Made by a program: the position numbers and the translations under genes. A stretch of 64,000 bases of DNA from Vicinamibacteria bacterium (GTDB lineage: Bacteria > Acidobacteriota > Vicinamibacteria > Vicinamibacterales > JAENWD01): the NCBI GenBank assembly GCA_963697705.1, contig CAVOPA010000008.1:23694-87693 (forward strand), written 5' to 3'. This document shows, one piece after another, positions 10,227 to 19,361 of the stretch; position 1 is the first letter of the stretch, and the number at the start of each line of letters is the position of its first letter. Under the pieces are notes generated by a model, which saw only the letters and a program-made list of their open reading frames with translations, did not search any database and was not told the origin of the DNA.

Positions 10227-11730
10227 GGGCATCAGGAGCCTTGCCAAGGCCATTTTCCTTGATCTTGTACAGGAGGGCCTTGTAGCTGATCCCCAGCATC
10301 TCGGCCGCCTCCTTGCGGTTCCAGCGCGTGCGCTGGAGCATGCGAAGGATCAGCGCCCGCTCCGCCTCGCGGGCGGCATGCCGCGAAACGTCCTTCAACG
10401 AGTAGTGCCCGGTGCCAAGGTGTGACACCGGTCCGGGCGTGGGGGTCGCGCCGATGCTGGCGTGCAGCGCCAAGCCGTCAAGGTCGATAGCCATCGCCGC
10501 GGCGGGCGCTGAGGCCGCCGACGCCGTCGCTGCGCGGTGCTGCGCCGCGAGTCGGGCATGCTGCAGGTCTTTCAACACGCCCGACTCGCCGCCGAGAACG
10601 ACGACCCGTTTGGTCAGGTTCTCGAGTTCCCGTACGTTGCCCGGCCACTCGTACTCGATCAGCGCCTGCAGCGTGGATGGCGAGATCTCGATCAGCGGCC
10701 TGTTGTATTGCACGGCGTATTTCTTCAGGAAGTATTCCGTCAGCGCCGGGATCTCTTCGCGGCGTTCGCGCAGCGGCGGGAGATCGATCGTGAAGCTGTT
10801 GAGCCTCTGGAACAGATCCTCCCGGAAGCGTCCGGCGGCCACGGCGGCATTGATGTCCAGGTTGGTGGCAGCAATGACGCGAACGTCGACATGGACGTCA
10901 GCCTTGCCGCCCAGGCGCGAGAACTCCCCCTGCTCCAGCACGTGCAGCAGCTTGGCCTGTAACGATGGGGTCGTCGCGCCGAGTTCGTCGAGGAAGAGCG
11001 TCCCGTGATTCGCGAACTCGAACTTGCCGGGCCGGTGCTGCATTGCGCCGCTGAACGCACCCCGCTCGAAGCCGAACAGCTCGGATTCCAGCACGTCGGC
11101 CGGCAGCCCGGTACAGTTCACCTTTACGAACGGCCGGTCGCATCGCCGCGATTTGGCGTAGATGGCGCGCGCGACCAGTTCCTTGCCCGTGCCGCGCGCC
11201 CCACAAATCAGCACCGGAACGTCTGTGGCAGCACCCCGATCAATCAGCTCGCGGATGCGGGCCATGAGGTCGCCCCGTCCGTAGAGCGGCGTGTAGCAAT
11301 CTTCCCCTTGCAGCTGCTCGCGCAGCTGGGCGACGTCGCGGCACAACTGGCGTTGGCGCAGAGCGCTCAGGAGCGGCGCTTCGAGCTCCGCTTCTTCGAA
11401 CGGTTTACTCACGAAGTCGATCGCCCCCAGCTTCATGGCTTGAACGATGGTGGTGGTGCGGCCCTGACCGGAGAGCACAAGGACCGGCACGGCGGGATCG
11501 ATCTTGCGGAACGCCGCAAGCGCCCCGAGTCCATCCATGCCGCCGGGCATTACGAGATCGAGGATCACCGCCGCTGGTGGGGACATCTCGAATCGGCGTA
11601 CGGCCTCGTCGGCAGTCTGCACCGGCTCGGCCTCATATCCGCGCGCACCCAAGAACGCGTTCAGAAACTCGCACATCACCGGGTCGTCGTCGACGACCAT
11701 GACGCGGATGGAGTCAGGCATGGAGTTCAT
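10216..11730 (-). CDS. Sigma54-dependent NtrC-family response regulator (REC-AAA-HTH)
   Basis: VMVVDDD receiver, GARGTGKE, ESELFGFERGAFSGA, FLDE, WPGNVRELEN, Fis-type HTH. Confidence 0.93.
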   Translation of the reverse strand: MNSMPDSIRVMVVDDDPVMCEFLNAFLGARGYEAEPVQTADEAVRRFEMSPPAAVILDLVMPGGMDGLGALAAFRKIDPAVPVLVLSGQGRTTTIVQAMKLGAIDFVSKPFEEAELEAPLLSALRQRQLCRDVAQLREQLQGEDCYTPLYGRGDLMARIRELIDRGAATDVPVLICGARGTGKELVARAIYAKSRRCDRPFVKVNCTGLPADVLESELFGFERGAFSGAMQHRPGKFEFANHGTLFLDELGATTPSLQAKLLHVLEQGEFSRLGGKADVHVDVRVIAATNLDINAAVAAGRFREDLFQRLNSFTIDLPPLRERREEIPALTEYFLKKYAVQYNRPLIEISPSTLQALIEYEWPGNVRELENLTKRVVVLGGESGVLKDLQHARLAAQHRAATASAASAPAAAMAIDLDGLALHASIGATPTPGPVSHLGTGHYSLKDVSRHAAREAERALILRMLQRTRWNRKEAAEMLGISYKALLYKIKENGLGKAPDAHGD

Positions 11731-11789
11731 TCCGGCGAGAGCGTGGCCGCAGGGAACGCAACGCGACAAGGCACTACAGCTGAACGGTT

Positions 11790-11805
11790 AGCAAGCGCAG
11801 TGCCA
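11790..11805 (-). promoter_or_regulatory. Sigma54 (-24/-12) promoter of the EPS operon
   Basis: Minus strand TGGCAC-TGCGC-TTGCT, matching the consensus TGGCAC-N5-TTGCW, about 60 bp upstream of the first gene. Confidence 0.85.
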
Positions 11806-11864
11806 CGAGAGAACGGCGAAGTATTTACCGAAAAAAGGCGATGAGAACCGCAGAGGCACATGCC

Positions 11865-11900
11865 TGCCCGATAGTGGCAAATATCTGCCCAAGAAGGGCA
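11865..11900. promoter_or_regulatory. Tandem palindromic enhancer (UAS) sites
   Basis: TGCC-cgatagt-GGCA (11865) and TGCC-caagaag-GGCA (11886), 21 bp apart, upstream of the sigma54 promoter. Confidence 0.6.
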
Positions 11901-11905
11901 ATGTT

Positions 11906-13714
11906 TTACTTGTGGCTGGCGACTGCTCGGTCAGCAGCCGGTGTGCCACTTCTTCTTCTTTGGGGGATGCCGCGGGTGGGGGACGCCGTATCGTGTTTTG
12001 CGCTTGAGCGGTCGCCAGTCTGCTCGAGCTCGGTGAGTTCCGGGCGGCTTCCATTGCGGCGCGAGTCTCCGTCACGTACGTCTCCGAACGGCGGGAGAGG
12101 CTGCGCCACCACGTTAGGCCCGCCATCAGCTGCGTGCGGTGTTTCCTCGTATAAGAATACCGATGGATTGCCCGTGCAGCCCTCCAATCCGTCCAACGAC
12201 TGGAAATCGCTCTGTCCCAGAGCGCTCAGGATGCAGGTGATCGAGACTGTGCGGCGATCGTACCCGGCCCGCAACCATGGCGACTTCACCGCAAACAGCG
12301 TGGAGAAGCCATCAGAGTAGTCGGCTGGGGATGGCTTTGTCCCGCGAGTGAGCTTTCTGCGTACGATGCGCGAACCGTGATCGCCTTGCACGATGACGAT
12401 TGCGTCCCGCTGCAGCGCCGGTGGGATCGCCTGAATGACTCGATCCAACTGCTGATCGAGACACTCGATCTGATCCTGGTACAGGCCGTAGCGCAACTTG
12501 CGGCCTCCCGCGCTGTTGACCAGTCCTGCAGGCAGATCGCCACGATCGACGCGGTCGAGCCACTCGCTCGGGGCCCGCAGCCCACAGTTCCGGTCGTACA
12601 CGTAAGGGAAATGCGGCAGCAAGAGGTGCGCGAACACCGCCTGTCCACGCCGGGCCTGCGGAAGATCCTCGGTGATCTTGCCCAGGACCGCCATGGTGCT
12701 GACGGGACTCAGCCTGTTTCGGTCCCAGGTCCAGGGCGGCACACGTATCCCTCTGGTCCCGAGCCATGTTCGGCCGCTGGTGTAGAGTTGTCGTGCGAAC
12801 GCGTACGAATTCGAGCGATCCAGATACATGCTGGTGATGACCCTGGCTTTCTGGATAGCTGGCAGAGAAACAGGCGCGAGCGCCCAAAGGGACGTCGCCG
12901 CATAGGTGTAACAGCTGGTGGTGGGTCCCGGGTTCGCGCAATAGTTGAGGTAGTCCGGCTGGTACACCTGGATTGCGTAACCCTGCTGGCTGAGCCGTGC
13001 GAAGTACGCGTTTTCAGTCAGATCCCACGGCAGCCCCGTGCGCCCGGGAACCAGGAGCGCTTCGAGAAACCTGCCGGGCTCGAAGTTCAGCAAGGCTGCG
13101 AGCGAATGATGCGTGTTGAAGTATTCGCTGAAGGCGCGCCCGAAGAGGAGGAAACCGCGGTCGACGTAGAACGAGCGAAGGCGGGACCGGAACGCTGGCG
13201 TGGAGAACCCTTCGACACCGAGGTGTTCGTCGAGAACCAGATGAACGATCAAGGGCCCATTTCCGTGTCTCCTCACGGCGGCTGGTCGATCGGCGCCCGC
13301 TGCCGCGGACCGCGTCGGCAGGACGAGCGTCGCCAGCAGCATTGTGGCCACGGTCACCACGACGATGCGCACAGCGTGCTGGCGCAGGATCCACAAGCCG
13401 GCGGAAAGCCCCACGAAGACGACGGCGAGGCCGATCATGCCCTTCGGCGGGTGAAACTGCAGGTCAGCGAACAGCGTCAGCAGGCCGGCCATAACCGCCA
13501 CTTCGAGAGGCCGGGAGAGTGACGCCACCAACCCTGAGACGAGCGCGAGTACGGCCAACGCCAGCAGGCACACCAATACGGCCAAATTGGTGTAGCCATA
13601 GCCGTGGTACTGCAGAAACACCGCAAACGGCGTCACCAGAATCAGAAACGCCGCACCGGCCCGCACAAGCACCGCTTCCGGCGGACGCCACAGCTGACTT
13701 GTGAACCGGGGCAT
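11906..13714 (-). CDS. Membrane-anchored alkaline-phosphatase-superfamily (sulfatase-like/LtaS-like) transferase, copy 1
   Basis: About 5 N-terminal TMs, HLVLDE, YFNTHHSL, FAHLLLPHFPY, IVQGDHGSR. Confidence 0.75.
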   Translation of the reverse strand: MPRFTSQLWRPPEAVLVRAGAAFLILVTPFAVFLQYHGYGYTNLAVLVCLLALAVLALVSGLVASLSRPLEVAVMAGLLTLFADLQFHPPKGMIGLAVVFVGLSAGLWILRQHAVRIVVVTVATMLLATLVLPTRSAAAGADRPAAVRRHGNGPLIVHLVLDEHLGVEGFSTPAFRSRLRSFYVDRGFLLFGRAFSEYFNTHHSLAALLNFEPGRFLEALLVPGRTGLPWDLTENAYFARLSQQGYAIQVYQPDYLNYCANPGPTTSCYTYAATSLWALAPVSLPAIQKARVITSMYLDRSNSYAFARQLYTSGRTWLGTRGIRVPPWTWDRNRLSPVSTMAVLGKITEDLPQARRGQAVFAHLLLPHFPYVYDRNCGLRAPSEWLDRVDRGDLPAGLVNSAGGRKLRYGLYQDQIECLDQQLDRVIQAIPPALQRDAIVIVQGDHGSRIVRRKLTRGTKPSPADYSDGFSTLFAVKSPWLRAGYDRRTVSITCILSALGQSDFQSLDGLEGCTGNPSVFLYEETPHAADGGPNVVAQPLPPFGDVRDGDSRRNGSRPELTELEQTGDRSSAKHDTASPTRGIPQRRRSGTPAADRAVASHK

Positions 13715-13764
13715 GTTGCCGTCTCGTGTGGGGGCGTGGCTCCGCCGATTGGACTATGCTGGCT

Positions 13765-13969
13765 TCACTCGCTCCGTTTTCGCGCCGTAAAGGACTTCAA
13801 GCGGCCCCAGTACACCCTGAGCGTCGCGAGCACGGCGACTACTCCCCCAACGAGCAGCTGAAGGGCCATGCTACCGGTGCCAGGGTCTGAGGTACGCCTG
13901 GACGTTACCGCTCAGGTAAGAGCAGAACAGGAACATGGCGACGAATAGCGCTACGGTGATCGCCTGCAT
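13765..13969 (-). CDS. 67-aa YLDPGTGS-motif membrane microprotein (one extra base at ~13888)
   Basis: GGAGG RBS; removing one base gives MQAITVALFVAMFLFCSYLSGNVQAYLDPGTGSMALQLLVGGVVAVLATLRVYWGRLKSFTARKRSE*. Confidence 0.7.
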
Positions 13970-14025
13970 CGAAACCCCTCCAGAATGGTTAACAAACAGC
14001 TGACACTCCGCTGCGGCGGCCACCA

Positions 14026-14041
14026 TGCAAACCTTTGGCCG
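14026..14041 (-). promoter_or_regulatory. Putative sigma54 promoter for the microprotein-transferase unit
   Basis: Minus strand CGGCCA-AAGGT-TTGCA (GG-N10-GC), about 55 bp upstream of ATG 13969. Confidence 0.55.
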
Positions 14042-14139
14042 ATCTGTGTGAAGCGGCTGCCGTTGGTCCAACGCTTGAACATTCCGTGATCGCCGAGAGA
14101 ATGTCGCCCCTGAGCCGGGGTACCTGAACGTCACGCCAG

Positions 14140-15723
14140 CTACTTACGGCTGATGCCGCACTCCTTGATTTTGTTCAACAGCGTCTTGTAACTCACACCG
14201 AGCTGCACGGCCGCCTTTCGACGGTTCCAGTGCACGCGGTGTAGTGCCTCTTCGATCGCGGCGCGCTCCGCCTTTACCGCTGCGTGCTTCGCGACTTCCG
14301 CCAAGGGCATCGGCTTCTCGGGTACGGCGGGCGGAGCAGGCTCATCGAGCACCGCAACTCCTGAGCTCGTCGAGGCGGATATCGGGACGCCCCCGACGCC
14401 GAAGACATACGGCGGCGCGCTCATCGGCACGCCGTACCCGACCGGCAGGGGGGCCGGGGCAGGGGGCGCAATGGCAGGGGCAGGTGAGGGCTCCGGGGAC
14501 GGTGCGGCTGCCGGCGCGCCGGGCGCCTGCGCTAGGGGCTGCCGCGGCCCACGCGCCAGCTCCTGCACAACCAGCGATTCGTCCTGGAGCACGACGACGC
14601 GCTTGATCATGTTCTCGAGCTCGCGCACGTTACCGGGCCAGTCGTAGTGGTGGAACTGCTGGCGCAGCGGCTCGGAGATCGCCCGCGTCGGTCGGTTGTA
14701 CCGGCGCGCATACCGCGCGATGAAGAATTCCGTCAGCGGATCGATTTCGTCGCGGCGCTCGCGGAGCGGCGGCACATAGACGTCGATGACCTTGAGTCGG
14801 TAGTAGAGATCCTCGCGAAAGTCGCCCTTCAGCATCATGGCCTCGAGGTCACGATTGGTGGCCGCCACGACGCGCACGTCGACCGTCACGCGCTTGTTGC
14901 TCCCCAGCTTCGTGAACTCCGCGTCCTGCAGCACGTGCAGCAACTTGGCTTGGAGTGCCGGCTTCATCTCCGCGATCTCGTCCATGAAGATAGTGCCGCC
15001 GTCCGCCTGCTCGAACTTGCCGATGCGCGTTGTGGCTGCCCCGGTGAAGGCACCCTTCTCATGTCCGAACAGCTCCGACTCCAGAAGGTCGGCTGGCAGC
15101 GCGGCGCAATTCACCTTGACAAACGAGCGCTGGCGCCGTGACGAGTTTTGATGCACCGCGCGCGCGACGAGCTCCTTGCCTACACCGCTCTCCCCCCGGA
15201 TCAACACGGTGACGTCGCTGTCGGCCACCTGCTCGACGAGCCGGGTGATTGCCACCATCCGCTCGCTGCGGCCCCACACCGCCCGATCCTGATCATCGCT
15301 CAACTGCTGGCGCAGCTCGTTCAATTCAAACACAAGCCGGCTCTTCTCGATGGCGCTCTTGATCGCCGCCTCGAGCGCGACCTCACCAAGGCCCTCGGGG
15401 TCGTCGGGCTTGATCACGTAGTTCGCGGCGCCAAGCTGCACGGCTTCGACGATCGTCGAGGCACGCTCACGGCCCGAGAGCATGATCGCCTGCAGCTCCG
15501 GGCGTGCCGCCTTGAGGTTGCGGAGTGTCTCGAGGCCGTCCATGCCCGGCATCATCACGTCGAGCAGCACGATGTCCGGCGGATCGCCCTGTCGGATGGC
15601 CGCCAGCATCTCGTCCCCGCGCGAGTAGGCCCGGGTCTCGTACCCGCGCAGAGAGAGAAACGTCCGGAGGTAGGACGAGAACGCCGAGTCGTCGTCCACG
15701 ATTGCGACCAGTGGTTTCTTCAC
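14140..15723 (-). CDS. Sigma54-dependent NtrC-family response regulator
   Basis: GTG start VKKPLVAIVDDD, GESGVGKE, ESELFGHEKGAFTGA, WPGNVRELEN, Pro/Ala linker, HTH. Confidence 0.92.
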   Translation of the reverse strand: MKKPLVAIVDDDSAFSSYLRTFLSLRGYETRAYSRGDEMLAAIRQGDPPDIVLLDVMMPGMDGLETLRNLKAARPELQAIMLSGRERASTIVEAVQLGAANYVIKPDDPEGLGEVALEAAIKSAIEKSRLVFELNELRQQLSDDQDRAVWGRSERMVAITRLVEQVADSDVTVLIRGESGVGKELVARAVHQNSSRRQRSFVKVNCAALPADLLESELFGHEKGAFTGAATTRIGKFEQADGGTIFMDEIAEMKPALQAKLLHVLQDAEFTKLGSNKRVTVDVRVVAATNRDLEAMMLKGDFREDLYYRLKVIDVYVPPLRERRDEIDPLTEFFIARYARRYNRPTRAISEPLRQQFHHYDWPGNVRELENMIKRVVVLQDESLVVQELARGPRQPLAQAPGAPAAAPSPEPSPAPAIAPPAPAPLPVGYGVPMSAPPYVFGVGGVPISASTSSGVAVLDEPAPPAVPEKPMPLAEVAKHAAVKAERAAIEEALHRVHWNRRKAAVQLGVSYKTLLNKIKECGISRK

Positions 15724-16419
15724 GAGAGAGACTCCTTGACGGGCAGCAGGATGGTGACGACCCCGAGACGCCTCTCCTGTTCGGTGGACCAGACCCGGCC
15801 GCCCGCGTGCTCTATGACACGACGGGCGATCGGCAGGCCCAGGCCGATGCCGCCGGGGTATTCGTTGAAGGGCGCATCGGGGCCGCCGTTGTTCCCACCC
15901 TGAAGGATGCCCTCGCGGCCGACCGCGATGGCGACAAAGGGGCGATCCGTCGTACAGCTGGCTCGCCACGTCCACGGCCACACGCGCCGCCCCGCCCTGC
16001 TCGCGAACGACTGCCCTGATCACAGCAGCGAGCGCGGAGGGCAGCAGCCTGCGGTCCCCTTCGACTGTCAGCCGGTCCGGCTGTCCCGTTCGTGCCACCG
16101 GAGCCGCGCCATCATCCCCCACATCGAGCCTCTCGGTGGCTTCGTCGAGCAGCCCGCTCAGCGAGATCTCGTCACGCGCGAGCGGCGGCGTGTCGGGATT
16201 CACGAGTTCCGCCAGGGTGCTCAACTCCTTCAGCAGGCGGCTGAGTCGACCGCATTGCTGTTCGATGTCCAGAAGCACTTTCCGCTGCCGTTCGGATACT
16301 GGCCCAAGCTGTTCGTTGACGAGCATCTTCGTGTACCCGACCACGACGGTGACGGGTGTGCGGAACTCGTGAACGGCCAGCGAGAGCAGCTCGGCCTGCT
16401 CATGCTCGCGGGTAGTCAT
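15720..16419 (-). CDS. Sensor-less histidine kinase-like protein (HisKA + degenerate HATPase), frameshifted near 15945
   Basis: AVHEFRTPVT H-box; C-terminus in ORF 15720..15983 with GIGLGLPIARRVIEHAGGRVW. Confidence 0.75.
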
Positions 16420-16621
16420 GACCGCACCGTTGCCCGGACCTGACGGCAGGTTTCCACCGTGTCGGCAAAAAAAGGAAAACAAATTCCATCTTTGGGGAGG
16501 CGCATGGTGGCATTCCAATTGTAGGGATTCCGCGTCGGCCCGGGCATCGGGTTGTGGTGACGGGCGCTGGTCCGGTTGCGATTCGACGGCGTTGTTCAAC
16601 GAGGATAGGGACGACCGATTC

Positions 16622-16870
16622 ATGCGACTAAGACTCTTGAGTCTGCTTCTGGCTGCGTTGGTGGCCATAACCCTGGCGGTCCCGTCATGGGCGGCGCTGA
16701 CGTCCGAACGAGCGCAGGGTCACGGCAACTTTATCGCCACCACGCTGTTGGCGAACCGAGCCCGGACGATGAGTCCTCTCGCGGAAGCAGCAACCCTGGC
16801 CGTGACGGGCGGCCTGCTTCTCGCCCTGGCCGCCGCGGTCCGCAGGGATACTCAAACTGCGGAAGCCTGA
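16622..16870 (+). CDS. Small exported protein with PEP-CTERM-like C-terminal TM and basic residues
   Basis: MRLRLLSLLLAALVAITLAVPSWA signal peptide; SPLAEAATLAVTGGLLLALAAAVRR tail. Confidence 0.5.
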   Translation: MRLRLLSLLLAALVAITLAVPSWAALTSERAQGHGNFIATTLLANRARTMSPLAEAATLAVTGGLLLALAAAVRRDTQTAEA

Positions 16871-17904
16871 CGTTCGCGGGGCTCTTTCGACTTCGCTTCT
16901 CCCCAAACTGCCGACGGCACCCGGCACGCGCTCTGATCCGTGTCTGAGGAGGAAGGCGGTTCGCCCGGCCGGGCAGCGGCCACCCGGGTGGACCGGCCTC
17001 GCGGTCGTTCGACCCTGTGCAGCAGCGTGCCGGCCAGACGAGCTGCCATCCCTCGCGGGTAATGCCGGGCCAGCACGGCGACGTCGGCGCCGACCTGGAT
17101 CCAGCGGCGCGGATTGCCGGCCTGCTGAACGACCTGTTCGATCAGCTGCTCGCCGTAGTAGGCCTGCCAGGAACGGCGGCCCTGCTGATAAGCACGCCAG
17201 TACGCACGCCGCTTTGCGACATACGGCCGCTGGGCACGTAGCACTTCCATGGTCGAGGTCAGCATCAGCGCGGCATTGCGCGACATGCTGGCGCTGTGCA
17301 GTCGATAGTCAGCGACCGTGGCGGAGTGGCCCGAGATCGGGAACGCGCGCGCAATTCTCAGGTACAGCTCGTAATCGGCCGACGCGTCCACCGCCGGGTT
17401 GAACCGCATCAGCGGTGCGCAGATCGACCGGCGGAACATTGCAACGGCAGGCGTCCAGATGAAGTTGTTCCGCAGCAGCGCCTCGTAAGCGTCACCGACC
17501 ATGGGCGGCGGCGGTATCGTCGGCAGGTGCCTGCCGTGCGCGTCTATTCGAACGCAATGCCCCCAGACCATGGCGCATCGACGATGCTCGTTGAGCTCGC
17601 GGACGCCAATCTCGATCGCGGTGCGCCACAATCTATCGTCGGCGTCAAGAAAGACCAGGTAGTCGCAACGCGTATGCCTGAGCCCCGTGTTCCTCGCCGA
17701 AGCGAGCCCCCTGTTGGACTGCCGGATGCATCGAACCGTCGGAAACTTTCGGGCGACGGTGGGCGTTTCGTCCGTCGAGCCGTCGTCTACAACGACAACC
17801 TCATCAGGCGGTCGGGTCTGACTGAAGACACTCTCGAGCGCTTCGGTGAGGAAATGTCCCTGATTGAAACAGGGTATGACGACGGACACCGTGGGGGAGT
17901 TCAT
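16852..17904 (-). CDS. Glycosyltransferase family 2
   Basis: VSVVIPCFN, VVDDGSTD, GLASARNTG, FLDADD, SADYEL. Confidence 0.9.
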   Translation of the reverse strand: MNSPTVSVVIPCFNQGHFLTEALESVFSQTRPPDEVVVVDDGSTDETPTVARKFPTVRCIRQSNRGLASARNTGLRHTRCDYLVFLDADDRLWRTAIEIGVRELNEHRRCAMVWGHCVRIDAHGRHLPTIPPPPMVGDAYEALLRNNFIWTPAVAMFRRSICAPLMRFNPAVDASADYELYLRIARAFPISGHSATVADYRLHSASMSRNAALMLTSTMEVLRAQRPYVAKRRAYWRAYQQGRRSWQAYYGEQLIEQVVQQAGNPRRWIQVGADVAVLARHYPRGMAARLAGTLLHRVERPRGRSTRVAAARPGEPPSSSDTDQSACRVPSAVWGEAKSKEPRERQASAV

Positions 17905-18212
17905 CAGGTTGGCCAAAGCTGGCTGATCGGCAAAGTGTGTAGTGCAAGACACATTCCTGAGCCACCGGTGGCGGAATCGACCATTTTTCACGGGATTCAG
18001 TCGTATGCACGTCCGGATTTAGACACAGCGGGAAGACGATCTATACGAAACTCTTGAGCCTGAGCTGAGTGCAGCCGGGCGCTGGTGGCGTGCCAGCGCA
18101 GCCGGCGGGATTACCTGAGGTTTGGAGGCGCCGCTGCGAAGGCCAGGGGCAGATCAGGCTCGCCTGGCTCCCCGCGCGAAACCTCGGATCCCGTTTCGTC
18201 ATCTTATCTGCC

Positions 18213-19166
18213 ATGCTGCTCAAACCCGCAGAGGACCTCCGTTGGACCGACGTTACCCCCAAGCAGCTGTATCTCCGGCGCCGGGAGTTCATCCAAGCTG
18301 CGAGTATGGCGCTGACGGGCGGGATCGCGGCGGTCGTCGCCCCGACCGAGGCCCGTGCACAGGGGAAGGGCGCCAAGCTGCCCAACGTGAAAAAGAGCGG
18401 GTGGGGCCAGGGGGAGACGCTGACGCCCTACGAGGCGGTGACGACCTACAACAACTTTTACGAGCTGGGCACCGACAAGGACGACCCGTCCCACAACGCT
18501 GCCTTGCTCAAGCCGCAACCGTGGACCGTGTCGATCGAGGGGCAGGTCTCGAAGGCGGGAAAGTACGCCTTCGACGATCTCGTCAAGCCGTATCAGCTGG
18601 AAGAGCGCATCTATCGCCTTCGCTGCGTCGAGGGCTGGTCGATGGTGATCCCCTGGATCGGTTTTCCGCTGCGCGACCTGCTCGCGCAGGTGCAGCCGAC
18701 AGAAAAGGCGAAGTTCGTCGAGTTCACCACGCGCTTCGCGCCAACGATGTTCCCGGGGCAGCAGCGTCCGGTGCTGGAGTGGCCGTACACGGAAGGGCTC
18801 CGGCTCGACGAAGCCATGAACCCGCTGACGCTGCTCGCGGTGGGCCTCTACGGCGAGGTCCTGCCAAACCAGAATGGCGCGCCCATCCGGCTGGTGGTGC
18901 CCTGGAAATACGGTTTCAAGAGCATCAAGTCGATCGTGAAAATCCGCCTGGTCGAGAGGCAGCCCAAAACGGCGTGGGAGCAGTCACAGCCCGACGAATA
19001 CGGGTTCTACTCGAACGTGAACCCTGAGGTCGACCACCCACGCTGGAGCCAGGCCCGCGAACGCCGGATCGGCGAGTTCCTGAAGCGCCCCACGTTGAAA
19101 TTCAACGGGTACGGCGACCAGGTGGCGTCCATGTACGCGGGGATGGATCTCAAGAAGAATTATTGA
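18213..19166 (+). CDS. msrP: Protein-methionine-sulfoxide reductase catalytic subunit
   Basis: Tat [50 protein letters not shown]. Confidence 0.95.
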   Translation: MLLKPAEDLRWTDVTPKQLYLRRREFIQAASMALTGGIAAVVAPTEARAQGKGAKLPNVKKSGWGQGETLTPYEAVTTYNNFYELGTDKDDPSHNAALLKPQPWTVSIEGQVSKAGKYAFDDLVKPYQLEERIYRLRCVEGWSMVIPWIGFPLRDLLAQVQPTEKAKFVEFTTRFAPTMFPGQQRPVLEWPYTEGLRLDEAMNPLTLLAVGLYGEVLPNQNGAPIRLVVPWKYGFKSIKSIVKIRLVERQPKTAWEQSQPDEYGFYSNVNPEVDHPRWSQARERRIGEFLKRPTLKFNGYGDQVASMYAGMDLKKNY

Positions 19167-19175
19167 CGCCACTTG

Positions 19176-19351
19176 TCAGTTTCCAGTTCCGCGTATTCAG
19201 TTCTGAGTTCTCACGTCAGCCCTTACGCTTGCCGGCCGGCGGCTGCCGTTCCACGTTGAGGCCTTCGTTCGTTGCGAAGGGCGAGTCTCCGCCGAGCCCC
19301 TGGTGTCGTCACCGCGTTGAGAACCGAACAGTGCGAACTGAAAACGACTGA
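19176..19351. repeat. Intergenic element with imperfect terminal inverted repeats built from CAGTT(C) units
   Basis: Left tcagtttccagttcc...ttcagttctgagttctc versus right gagaaccgaac...gaactgaaaacgactga; internal hairpin gccttcgttcgttgcgaagggc. Confidence 0.35.
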
Positions 19352-19361
19352 ATCCATCCCC

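Noticed and set aside
13871-14134. 87-aa ORF from the track, or programmed frameshifting at 13888
   Set aside because: RBS and promoter support the ATG at 13969; there is no slippery sequence, so a sequencing insertion is the simpler explanation
14140-16668. 842-aa HisKA-REC-AAA-HTH 'hybrid' ORF
   Set aside because: Artefact of a frameshift near 15945: the kinase's real C-terminus is in another frame, and the regulator has its own GTG start at 15723
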